Assembly (NCBI GenBank): GCA_043745805.1
Contig: JAYTSD010000046.1
Span: 63,560 to 127,559 of the forward strand
DNA: 64,000 bases
Direction: 5' to 3'
Source of the DNA: Fibrobacteria bacterium
GTDB lineage: Bacteria > Fibrobacterota > Fibrobacteria > UBA11236
Shown here piece by piece: positions 53,088-62,231 of the stretch (position 1 is the first letter of the stretch; each line of letters starts with the position of its first letter). The notes under the pieces are model-generated. The model saw only the letters and a list, made by a program, of their open reading frames with translations, had not been told where the DNA came from and made no database searches. A program made the translations under genes and the position numbers.

Positions 53088-54602
53088 TTAAAAAAGTCGA
53101 AATCGGATATTTTTTTCACTGCCCGATAAATTAACTATGGTGTCCTTGGGAAGATAATCGCGGTGTACCACTTTAATGCTATGTCTCCCTGCGGGCAATG
53201 ATAGACCACGTAAGGGCGTGGCGCCATATACTTTCCCATCAACTTCCACTTCCGCAAAAGGTGGCGCACTGAGTACGTTGATAGTAACATTTGTGTTACT
53301 TTGCGTGCTCACACTTTTCACTGTATTTGGTGCAACGGGCTTTACATGGGAAGCAGGGTTTTCCTTTAAGGGTGCCGGCACAGATGGGGTATTCGCTTCG
53401 GTCATAGCAGTAGTCGGAGGATTAGCGCTGGGAACTGATTTAACCGTATCCCGATTTTCAGTGGGAGTGATTATTGGCGTCGTTTTAGGTATGTGAACCT
53501 TAACTTCAGGGTTACCTACGGCAATGGTTTTTTTATTCGGCCAAAAAAAAGCAATGCCTACGGCCAATAAACCAATCAAAGCGCCAATAAGGATACCGCT
53601 ATTCGCCTTTTTTTTACCCAAAAGCCTAGGACTTAATGTTTTGGGTTTCCCCGTAATGGTGGGCTTTGTGGGCTCGGATACCGAGGCCGCCAGAGAGGCT
53701 TCAATAATTACCGGAGGTAAAACTTCGGCTAAAAAATCTTTGGCTACTTCATGCGCATCAAAAATATCCCGTCGCCCTAGCCAAGCGCGCAATTCATTTT
53801 GTACCCAACGAGCGCCTTGCCCACGATCCTCAGGTTTTTTTTGTAAAAGGGTGTCGGCCAAAGCGGCAAGTTCTGGATCCGCCTCAGGTAACACCGACAA
53901 TACCGAAACATGCGGTTCATCACAAATACGCCGCATAATCATGGGAATATTAGGGCCGGAAAAGGGACGCGTTCCAGTGAGTATATTGTAAAACACTGCC
54001 CCTAAGGAGAACATATCCGTTTGAGGTGTGGGTTTGCGTCCATCGATTTGTTCGGGAGACATAAAATTGGGGGAACCGAGCACACTTCCGGTTTGCGTTA
54101 AGTTTTGTTCACTAATATGCGCAATACCAAAATCGGCAACTTTTAAAAATCCCGATCGCGTGATCATTAAGTTTTCAGGTTTAATATCGCGATGCACTAC
54201 TCCAAATTTTTCAGCCGTTGCTAAACCATCGGCTGCTTGGCTAACAAAGGCGGCGCAGATAATAGCCGGCAAAGGTTTGCCATATTGTTGTAGCACCTCC
54301 TGCAAGGTGGGGCCATCAATATATTCCATGACCAAATATTGTTGACCTTCCACGCCATAATCGAATATTTCTACGATATGTTGATTACGTAAAGCGGCTG
54401 CGGTTTTCGCTTCAGAAGTAAAACGCGTGACTAAATTGGCATTATCATGCAAATGGGTATGAATCACCTTAATAGCGACTATGCGGTTTAAATTCGGGTC
54501 TAAAGCCTTATAAACCGTGGCCATGGCCCCTTGGCCCAATAATTCTATAACTTGATAGCGCCCAAAAGTGACGGGTACCGTTTTGTGTTCAAATTTTGCC
54601 AT
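53088..54602 (-). CDS. Hanks-type Ser/Thr kinase with TM segment and C-terminal PEGA-like domain
   Basis: LGQGAMATVY; VAIK; HRDIKPEN; DFG; YMS-like FMSPEQ; SAPPFAEVEVDG..YG.TP. Confidence 0.92.
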   Translation of the reverse strand: MAKFEHKTVPVTFGRYQVIELLGQGAMATVYKALDPNLNRIVAIKVIHTHLHDNANLVTRFTSEAKTAAALRNQHIVEIFDYGVEGQQYLVMEYIDGPTLQEVLQQYGKPLPAIICAAFVSQAADGLATAEKFGVVHRDIKPENLMITRSGFLKVADFGIAHISEQNLTQTGSVLGSPNFMSPEQIDGRKPTPQTDMFSLGAVFYNILTGTRPFSGPNIPMIMRRICDEPHVSVLSVLPEADPELAALADTLLQKKPEDRGQGARWVQNELRAWLGRRDIFDAHEVAKDFLAEVLPPVIIEASLAASVSEPTKPTITGKPKTLSPRLLGKKKANSGILIGALIGLLAVGIAFFWPNKKTIAVGNPEVKVHIPKTTPIITPTENRDTVKSVPSANPPTTAMTEANTPSVPAPLKENPASHVKPVAPNTVKSVSTQSNTNVTINVLSAPPFAEVEVDGKVYGATPLRGLSLPAGRHSIKVVHRDYLPKDTIVNLSGSEKNIRFRLF

Positions 54603-54663
54603 ATTTTAATCTCAATCTGTATACTCGAAAGTATACAATTGTCTCATTTTTGGCGCGTGGGAT

Positions 54664-55704
54664 TTATTCGGAAACCAATACGTTCAATTTGGCAGTTGCT
54701 TTTCCAGACCGTAACTCACAGATGTACATACCATGATTTACTTTTTGGTTTGAGGCATTTTTAAAATTCCAATTTATTTCTTGAGATTGCAAGGATGACG
54801 CATGCGCTACTTTCAGGCCATTGAGTGTGTAAATGTTGAGCTCCGTGTTATTGGGTAAGTTGGCGAAGCTTATACCTTGAACGGATTTTAATAAACGCAT
54901 GCTGGAGAAGGAGGTGTTTTCGTTTATGATTTTGGGGGAAGGGTTAATGCCTACGGGGCCGGTTGCTATGCCGGTAGCTCCCCAGAAGACGACGTAAGGA
55001 GCGCCGCCCATTTTTTTGACCTTAACGGCGGTTAGGATTTTGGTGGCAATGGGATGAAGTTCTATGCCGTCAACATTATGATTTTTTTGTTCCGCAACAG
55101 CATTTGTGCTGCTCCATTTCGCCATATTTTTAACTAGATAAAAAAGTACAGGGTCAGTAGGTAAGATAGAAGTGGTTCCTGTTCCGTAATCTTTAAGAAT
55201 TACAGGTTTAATCTCGGACGAGTCATTATAAACCAGAGTAAAACGAAGATTGGCATCACCTTCTGAGCTAGTCATAATGATAAATATTTTACTGTAATTT
55301 CCTCCTGGAACGGGAATGGTAAACGTATTCGTATCTGCAGCTTTAATATTGCGAGTTTGAAATCCTACTCCATCACTATTAGAGTAGTGTAATTGAATTT
55401 CAGGATGTCGAATATCCGCTGGAATTAAGGAGGAATCAGGTAAGGCAATAATATTTTTATCACCATGAAATAGAGAGGCTGCGGAAGTTAAATATCCATT
55501 GCCGCCACCATTGCCATCGACACCACCACCAGGAGTCCAAGTCACTAGCTTCCCATTGGTGAGAGTGGTTACTGTACGTGTAGTTAAAATTGAAGCCACA
55601 GGGAACTGTACCACTTGATCCGCTTGAGCGAGGCTTAGGCCAAGGGTTAAAAGCAGGGCAGAAACTGAGGTGGGTTTGTTTTTGAAAGAATATTTTTTGT
55701 TCAT
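54664..55704 (-). CDS. Secreted protein with T9SS-type/FlgD-like C-terminal domain
   Basis: Signal peptide; C-terminal IYTLNG.KV...W...GMYI pattern. Confidence 0.65.
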   Translation of the reverse strand: MNKKYSFKNKPTSVSALLLTLGLSLAQADQVVQFPVASILTTRTVTTLTNGKLVTWTPGGGVDGNGGGNGYLTSAASLFHGDKNIIALPDSSLIPADIRHPEIQLHYSNSDGVGFQTRNIKAADTNTFTIPVPGGNYSKIFIIMTSSEGDANLRFTLVYNDSSEIKPVILKDYGTGTTSILPTDPVLFYLVKNMAKWSSTNAVAEQKNHNVDGIELHPIATKILTAVKVKKMGGAPYVVFWGATGIATGPVGINPSPKIINENTSFSSMRLLKSVQGISFANLPNNTELNIYTLNGLKVAHASSLQSQEINWNFKNASNQKVNHGMYICELRSGKATAKLNVLVSE

Positions 55705-56473
55705 AATGTCCTAATCTTTTTGGCCTTAAAGGCCATATAAAACTAAGCGATTAGCCTAGCTTATGTCGGTAAAACAGCCATTAATTTACCTGCTATATTA
55801 TTCTATGATAAAGGGGGCGTCCTAAAATTGGATACTGCTTCACTGTATATTAATGCCTTTACTGTAAACAGGAATATCGGTAGCTTCAAGAGTTAATGTT
55901 TCTTGGAACTAGCTTTTCAATTTTAGTGATATTCTTACCAACACTAATTTGGGGAATCATCTTTGCTTTCAAATTCAAATCTTAAGGAATTAAATGTCTA
56001 ATTTCAAAATTAGTTTTTCTCAAAAATTAAAATTATGTGTTTTTGGAAAAAAATATTATCAATCAGTTGGCTTTGCCCCTTTATTAATAAAATCCCTCGT
56101 TTGCCTTTTAATTCCTAATTCTGCCTTTTTATTATTGGGAAATACTTAAAAAATCAAAGAAAATGGGGATTTGAAAATAAAATTATGGACTTTTCCGTAA
56201 ATTCGGGGAATGTCTATAATCTCATTTGATTCTTCTCGTGGTATATTTTCATCAAATATTTTTTGGTTGGTTGACAGTGGAGTGCTAAAATTCTTTTTCA
56301 AATTATTGGAAACAACACTAAAAAATGAGTCCCAAATTAAATACTTAAGTGATTTATAAAATATATTGGGTTTCATATCGTTGTGTTAATTTTTGATTAG
56401 ATGGATAACACAATGGTCTAAAGTATCAAATTTTGAAATCTATTTTCTTCAATAAACGCGTTCTAAAAATTAA

Positions 56474-56800
56474 TTAGGCTTCTTCGAATTTTACGCTATA
56501 TCTCACGTCAGCGGGCTTATCGGTATTATAGTTTATGATTACTAAATACCAAGCCTTAAAAATATCCGATACATTAAAATCATGAATTTTAACGTCATCT
56601 TGTCCACCATAATGATGAAACGTATTACTTCCATCCAAAATCGCATTTAGACCCTGATTATCTACCACAAAACTAGTCACTGGAACATCAGATTCAATAT
56701 GGATTTTTGCAATTGCTCTAAAACCGGCTGATGTAACTCTGGGAAATTCTGTATATCTAGCCTTAAATAATCTTGAAAATGGAATTTCTATATGCTTCAT
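56474..56800 (-). CDS. Small beta-rich hypothetical protein (transposon cargo)
   Basis: MKHIEIPF...WYLVIIN...; ATG56800 overlaps the TGA of the upstream ORF (ATGA). Confidence 0.6.
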   Translation of the reverse strand: MKHIEIPFSRLFKARYTEFPRVTSAGFRAIAKIHIESDVPVTSFVVDNQGLNAILDGSNTFHHYGGQDDVKIHDFNVSDIFKAWYLVIINYNTDKPADVRYSVKFEEA

Positions 56801-57153
56801 GTTTTTGTAGGCTTCGTTACAGTTTGTTTCGATAAATTCGCTTCCTCTTCTCCAAGCGTACTTAATTCGCTTCCACCAATATTTTTTATTCTTTCTATTG
56901 TTCTGATTATTATTGGGTAAAACAATATGGCAATTATTATTAGACTTCCCTTCCAATGTTTGTCTATGGCATCGAGAAATTGGTATATGCCCATGTTTGC
57001 CGTTGTATCGTGGGTGAAGAAAAGTTTGATTCCAAATTTTCCGAGAATAAAAAGGATTATTACAAAGATTCCCAATTCCAATACTTTGTAGATATTCGAA
57101 TATGATATTTTTCGGATTAAACCTAAGAAGAGGTCTTTGGCAACTTGTTTCAT
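56797..57153 (-). CDS. Two-TM membrane protein (transposon cargo); start uncertain
   Basis: Hydrophobic segments LGIFVIILFILG and SLIIIAILFYPII. Confidence 0.5.
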   Translation of the reverse strand: MKQVAKDLFLGLIRKISYSNIYKVLELGIFVIILFILGKFGIKLFFTHDTTANMGIYQFLDAIDKHWKGSLIIIAILFYPIIIRTIERIKNIGGSELSTLGEEEANLSKQTVTKPTKT

Positions 57154-57430
57154 TGAATTTAAAGCTATTGAATGAAATCTCAACCGTCAACCAATTCCAA
57201 AATCTCATAAATATAAACCCCCTAACTATCGCGTATTTATTGATATTGGGAGTGGGTTAGAAATTTATTTAATCCGGTTTTCGGCTCTAAATTAGAGGAG
57301 AGGGAACTAAAACTTTTACCTTCTAGTTCCCTCAATATTGGAAATCCGTATTACCCGCGCAACGAGATTTCCAGAAGAACAAATTTTAAATCGCGTAAAG
57401 GAAAGTAATATATCCAAATGGTTTATTCTT

Positions 57431-58360
57431 CTACTTCTTTATATTAATCTTCTTGCCATCCATCAACATCGATTTATTTTGTCCTAAATAATTCAGATTC
57501 TTTAAATCCTTATTACCAACATTTGAAGCTCGATATTTTAAATTCCCGATAATAGAGGCCGCACTTACTCCACTTGTTTGAATACACACTTTACCCCAAG
57601 ACAATCCCGCTCCTGTGGGTGCTGAGACTCTTATAACTTTGTGGCCCATTACATTCTTAGCAGTTAAAGAAGTCCACTTAAAATAAAGGGAAGTATCTAT
57701 TTCATCAAAGTTGAATAATGTGTCCTGAAATAAACTTGAGAAAGATTGTTGCACTGTTCTTTTTTGCACGATAAAATCTCCATCATGGTCAGAATATGCC
57801 GGTCTTAAAAATTCATTATAAACACCAAGTAAAGCTTGGCCTTCACCCAAATCAAAATCTACAAAGGTCCAATTGGCATCATAATAAGTAATACCATCGG
57901 GAGTGCTTTTACAAGTTACTGTGATATTCGGGATTGTATCATAGGTAACACACGCTTGATTCCATGATGCATTAACCGCTGTAGGTAAAGAAATTCTTAC
58001 ATAGCCTGGACCTATTAAATTGAAATTGGATAAATTGAATTCCTTGTTGTAAAGAGTGGTGTCATAATTATCAAAATTGAACACCCTCTTTTCATATAAA
58101 GAATGAATCCCAGTAGTCGTTGAATCGAATTGGACATTATAATCACCAGCAGCAGGAGGATAACTAGGACGAGTGAAACCGCCATAGCTCGATTTTACTT
58201 TTGAATTTTTTGGAATATGAAAATCGGCAAAGCTCCAATTGTGATCATAGATGGTTATTCCATCCGGTACATCTTTACAAACTCTTTTCGAATCCGCTTG
58301 AGAACAAATCGCAAATGCTAGAACTATGGCCAATGAGTTTTTTATGGAAGGCAAAAACAT
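57431..58360 (-). CDS. Secreted protein with two tandem ~120-aa repeat domains (transposon cargo)
   Basis: Signal peptide; repeats CKDVPDGITIYDHNWSFADF / CKSTPDGITYYDANWTFVDF; basic NYLGQ tail. Confidence 0.75.
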   Translation of the reverse strand: MFLPSIKNSLAIVLAFAICSQADSKRVCKDVPDGITIYDHNWSFADFHIPKNSKVKSSYGGFTRPSYPPAAGDYNVQFDSTTTGIHSLYEKRVFNFDNYDTTLYNKEFNLSNFNLIGPGYVRISLPTAVNASWNQACVTYDTIPNITVTCKSTPDGITYYDANWTFVDFDLGEGQALLGVYNEFLRPAYSDHDGDFIVQKRTVQQSFSSLFQDTLFNFDEIDTSLYFKWTSLTAKNVMGHKVIRVSAPTGAGLSWGKVCIQTSGVSAASIIGNLKYRASNVGNKDLKNLNYLGQNKSMLMDGKKINIKK

Positions 58361-58455
58361 TCTTTCCCCTTTTGTTTGATGTGAAATAGCTAAGACGGAA
58401 AAAGGTATCCTATACGACACCTAGTTCACAGAGTCTATTTTCAACTTTTTACGGG

Positions 58456-58698
58456 ATGGATTTAGAAGCTAAAGAAAAACAAGCATTTTTGAAGAAATTC
58501 GGCCACCATGTCGAGTTTCTTATCAATAAAAAATTCGAGTCCAAAGCTGAGTTTATGCGACAAACTGGCTTTTTAAAGAAATCCCTACATGAAATTTTAA
58601 TGGGAAATAGAGATACAAGAATTTTTACGGCAAATAAACTTGCGAAGGCTTTGGGAATTTCTCTGAAAAAATTATTCGAGGGAATGGAGAAGGATTAA
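58456..58698 (+). CDS. XRE-family HTH regulator
   Basis: FG..V...EILMG.RD.RI.T..KLAKALGISL..LF. Confidence 0.85.
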   Translation: MDLEAKEKQAFLKKFGHHVEFLINKKFESKAEFMRQTGFLKKSLHEILMGNRDTRIFTANKLAKALGISLKKLFEGMEKD

Positions 58699-58880
58699 GT
58701 CTTACTTTCGGACTTCTTCGCCTTTTCTAAACATACAGACCTAATCCAAGCACTTAATTCCAATCCTTTTTCATTGGCGAAATCGGATAGTAATTCCTTT
58801 TGATCTTCAGTTACGCGAATAAGGATAACCTCAGATTTCCGTTCTTTTTTGGTTTTTCGTCTTTTTATTGATGTTTCCAT
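58695..58880 (-). CDS. Ribbon-helix-helix (MobC/DUF1778-like) DNA-binding protein
   Basis: ILIRVTEDQKELL...A...GLELSAWIR. Confidence 0.75.
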   Translation of the reverse strand: METSIKRRKTKKERKSEVILIRVTEDQKELLSDFANEKGLELSAWIRSVCLEKAKKSESKT

Positions 58881-58958
58881 TGTATATCTAATATACATCT
58901 AAAATATTCTATTGACAAGACTCTTATTTGTATGTACATTAGTTATACAACAAAGGAG
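58881..58958 (+). promoter_or_regulatory. Transposase promoter with palindromic operators
   Basis: TTGACA(58912)-17 bp-TACATT(58935); palindromes TGTATA-N5-TATACA (58881-58897) and TTGTAT-N11-ATACAA (58928-58950); RBS AAGGAG. Confidence 0.7.
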
Positions 58959-58965
58959 TTTCAAA

Positions 58966-60183
58966 ATGGACGAGAGAAAATTAAAAGGCCGTCAACTTTC
59001 GAAATCAAATAGAATCCAAAAGACAAATGGAGTTTGGGTAGTTCCTTCTCAAACTGGTATTGGCGTCTATATCGTAAAAGAACTTAAAACCACTCCACAT
59101 TGTACTTGTCCAGATTTTGAAGCCCGAAATTGTAAATGCAAACATATTTATGCAGTCGAATTTATCATCGAAAGAAAAAAGAATAAAGACGGAAGCACAA
59201 CCATAACTAGCAAAATGGTTTTATCTGAAAGAAAAACATATTCTCAAGATTGGAGCAACTACAACAAAGCCCAAACCAACGAAAAGGAATATTTTGGAGT
59301 TCTTTTAAAAAATCTTTGCTCAGGAATTGAACATACTCCACAAAAAGGTGCTGGCAGACCAAAACTTCCTATTTCTGATGTCTTGTTTAGTTCCGTAATG
59401 AAAGTATATACCACATTTTCAGGACGTAGAGCAAAAAGTGATTTAAGGGATTGCGTTCAAAAGGATTTGATTTCTACGGATATGCATTACAACACAATTT
59501 TCAAATATTTAGAAAAGCCAGAAATAACTCCCATTTTGAAATCACTAATTGAACAATCAGCTTTACCACTCCAATCAGTCGAGAATAATTTTTCCATTGA
59601 TGCTTCAGGATTTTCCACTACCAATTATGAAAGATGGTATGATCAAAAATGGGGAAAATTATTTAGTCAAAAGAAATGGCTAAAAGCACATATCACTATT
59701 GGAAACAAAACCAATATTATTACTAGCGTGGAAATTACAGATTCTTATACCCATGACTCCACTCAATTTATGGAACTTGTAAATGACACCAATAAAAACT
59801 TTAATGTTAAAGAAATTATGGCAGACAAAGCGTATCTTAAAAAGACCGATATAGAACAAATTGTTAACATGGGAATTAACCCATTCATTCCTTTTAAGAG
59901 TAATACAACGGGAGTAGGATCTGAAATCTGGCAAAAACTATTTCACTTCTACAATTATAATCGCCCAGAATTTTTAAAACATTATCATGAGAGAAGTAAT
60001 GTCGAAACAACTTTCTCAATGATTAAAGGGAAATTTGGAATGGGATTACGTTCTAAAACTGATACGGCTCAAAAAAATGAATTATTATGCAAAATTTTAG
60101 CTCATAATATTTGTTGCTTGGTTAGTTCCATATTTGAATTGGGGATCGAAGTTGATTTTTTGGGAGGAAAATTGGCGGCTTAA
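58966..60183 (+). CDS. SWIM Zn-finger + DDE transposase (IS4/IS5 superfamily)
   Basis: CTCPDF...CKHI SWIM motif; SIDASG, ADKAY and YHERSNVETTFSMIK = Y(2)R(3)E(6)K. Confidence 0.92.
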   Translation: MDERKLKGRQLSKSNRIQKTNGVWVVPSQTGIGVYIVKELKTTPHCTCPDFEARNCKCKHIYAVEFIIERKKNKDGSTTITSKMVLSERKTYSQDWSNYNKAQTNEKEYFGVLLKNLCSGIEHTPQKGAGRPKLPISDVLFSSVMKVYTTFSGRRAKSDLRDCVQKDLISTDMHYNTIFKYLEKPEITPILKSLIEQSALPLQSVENNFSIDASGFSTTNYERWYDQKWGKLFSQKKWLKAHITIGNKTNIITSVEITDSYTHDSTQFMELVNDTNKNFNVKEIMADKAYLKKTDIEQIVNMGINPFIPFKSNTTGVGSEIWQKLFHFYNYNRPEFLKHYHERSNVETTFSMIKGKFGMGLRSKTDTAQKNELLCKILAHNICCLVSSIFELGIEVDFLGGKLAA

Positions 60184-60292
60184 GAATATTTTAAAAACGC
60201 TACAAATATTACATAACAATAAAAATTATTGGAAATTTTAGAGAAAAAGGTTATCGTTTGGACTCACGTTTCGAATCTAAAAAGGAGTATTT

Positions 60293-60487
60293 ATGGCATT
60301 AGTGAGAGGTGATAACGTTCGATTAAAATGCACACCCGAGACTGGAGTTTGGATGGTAATAATTGAATTTTGTGATTGTTCAGATAAAAATGGCCCCAAA
60401 AATGGAGTCAAATGTGAGTGGATGGATCCAAAAAGTAGCGAACGAAGAGAAGGTGTTTGGGATTTAATTTCCCTAACTAAAGACTAA
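60293..60487 (+). CDS. YodC/DUF2158-like small protein (transposon cargo)
   Basis: GD.VRLK...MVI...VKCEW pattern; RBS AAGGAG. Confidence 0.6.
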   Translation: MALVRGDNVRLKCTPETGVWMVIIEFCDCSDKNGPKNGVKCEWMDPKSSERREGVWDLISLTKD

Positions 60488-61110
60488 ACTCCTAAAATTT
60501 TTTTATAAAGATCTGTACGCATAGCAATCATAAATTGCTCTCATTTTGATTGCGGAATGTTTATGCTTTTTTCCCAAACCATCTTTTCAATTAAATATTT
60601 CAAAATTTTGTTTATCATATAAATACCTTATTTGACTTTATTTATATGGGGGAAAAATTTCTGCCTCTTTATTCAAATAGTTGCCTTTTTATTACTTAAA
60701 CTTGGGGATTTATGAGGAATAAAGGGGCAAGGCCCAATCAGTTTTACTCCCACTAATGGCTTTTCATAGGTATGGCTATGAACAATATTATAGCAGAGAA
60801 CAAATTAATTTTTCCTATAAAGAACTTGGACACCTTAAATATTTTGAAGAGGAAACGGCACTTGCTCTTATCGGAAACCCTAAAGAGCTAAAATCTTATG
60901 AGAGATATCGAAAAATTCGTAGGAAATTTGGTATTGAAATTGATGGTGCATTAGAAGTGCTAAAAGTTTATGGTAAAAAAGAAAAAGTACCGTTGGATCC
61001 ATTCGGAAGTGACAGAGCGCAACAAACTGCTCATAATGATTACTAATGATAATACAGATGATCTAATTGAAGCATTTTAAATTCCTCCACTTCCAACGGA
61101 TGCATGCACC

Positions 61111-61247
61111 GTGTAACAAACCTGATTAACCTGTCTGTGCGCGGCTGTCACGCCAATTGCTTACGCAATCGTCGCGCAAGTTCACTTCAGCCTTGATCTT
61201 CCAGTTGAAGGCTTCGTCCGCGCTCGCAGGTTATCGGCGTGTTAAAC
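61111..61247 (+). repeat. attC-like integron recombination site 1
   Basis: GTGTAAC ... GTTAAAC ends; long imperfect palindrome; near-identical to 62226-62363. Confidence 0.8.
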
Positions 61248-61646
61248 GGAACCTAGATCCTTGGCAAATATAGAAACGTTGGCGTTACCTGTTCCTTAAA
61301 ACCGAAGTGATAAATTTACTATTCTATAAAAATATTTTCCGGCGTTCTGTATATCTACTTTGCTATTTAGATAATCCTGTGGAACACATATTTACAATTG
61401 GTCGCCATTAATTTGGGGCCGCATTTAGAAGGTTTTCGGGAACTAGAATCAGCCTGTCGCCGCATAGATCACCTGTTCCACACGCGATCTATGCAGACGA
61501 AATTACTTTAGACTATGTTTGAATCATTCAAAAACCCATTAATTAGCTACTAGGTAATCAAATTATGCATATTCTGAGCCTAGTGCAAAATTTGACTCCT
61601 AAATAAATATTGACATTGTATATACCATTAGCTTATACCATTTTAA

Positions 61647-61907
61647 ATGGAAATAATATGGGATCCCACGAAGCAAGATAAACTGAGAGTCGAGGGTGGA
61701 ATCGATCTAGAAGAAATCAAAGGTTTGATTGAGAATTAGAAATATTTTAACATTTTAGAAAACCCATCTCGCGAAGACCAACTTTTAATACTCTTGAATT
61801 ATAAAGCTTACGTACACGTTGTAGTTGTAAAGGTTGTTCACGAAAAGATGATCATAAAAACATGTTACCCAAGCAGAAAATTTCATCAAATAATAAAAGG
61901 AAGATAA
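61647..61907 (+). pseudogene. BrnT-like toxin with in-frame TAG at 61737
   Basis: MEIIWDPTKQ...IEN*KYFNILENPSR...IIKTCYPSRKF, homologous to 62750-63016. Confidence 0.85.
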
Positions 61908-62231
61908 ATGAAAAAAATAATATTGGATGAAGAAGAGCTAGAAATCGAAAAAAATATCGGGAAATTCAGGCCTGTTTCAAGGGAAAAAAGGAAACAAATA
62001 GAGGCTTTAATAGAGCAAGGACGTAAAAGTAGAGCAATTAGTCTCCGCATAAATGAAGCGGATTTAGAGTTGTTAAAGAAAAAGGCAAATAGAAATGGAT
62101 TGCCTTATCAGACAATGATCAATGTTGTTATCCATAAATATGTTACTGACAATTTTTATGACAAAGATGAAATCAGTAAAATTTTAAATATTAATAAGCC
62201 TAATTTGAAACGGACAAAGTTAGCCGTTTAA
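61908..62231 (+). CDS. BrnA/CopG-like antitoxin
   Basis: LDEEELEIE; ISLRI...DL..LKKKA...GLPYQT.I..V.HKY. Confidence 0.88.
   Translation: MKKIILDEEELEIEKNIGKFRPVSREKRKQIEALIEQGRKSRAISLRINEADLELLKKKANRNGLPYQTMINVVIHKYVTDNFYDKDEISKILNINKPNLKRTKLAV

Larger units (their letters stand above)
56069..60734. mobile_element. Cargo-carrying IS5/IS903-like transposon with SWIM-DDE transposase
   Basis: TIRs GGCTTTGCCCCTTTATT (56069-56085) and AATAAAGGGGCAAGGCC (60718-60734), 16/17 match; 9-bp TSD CAATCAGTT at 56060-56068 and 60735-60743. Confidence 0.95.
55994..61046 (+). pseudogene. 125-aa gene split by the transposon (5' part 55994-56068, 3' part 60744-61046); weakly DUF6559-like
   Basis: Removing 56069-60743 gives in-frame MSNFKISFSQKLKLCVFGKKYYQSV|LLPLMAFHRYGYEQYYSREQI...; RBS AAGGA. 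Confidence 0.85.

Noticed and set aside
1312..54764. Numerous 60-155-aa overlapping ORFs in the track
   Set aside because: They lie antisense or out of frame within well-supported genes
55705..55993. Expected attI site, or GTTACACGG partner of attC site 1, upstream of the split gene
   Set aside because: No such core and no integrase gene found, so the first cassette's left boundary is undefined
56146..56376. 76-aa ORF at the left end of the transposon
   Set aside because: Very AT-rich with no motif; cannot be distinguished from a chance ORF
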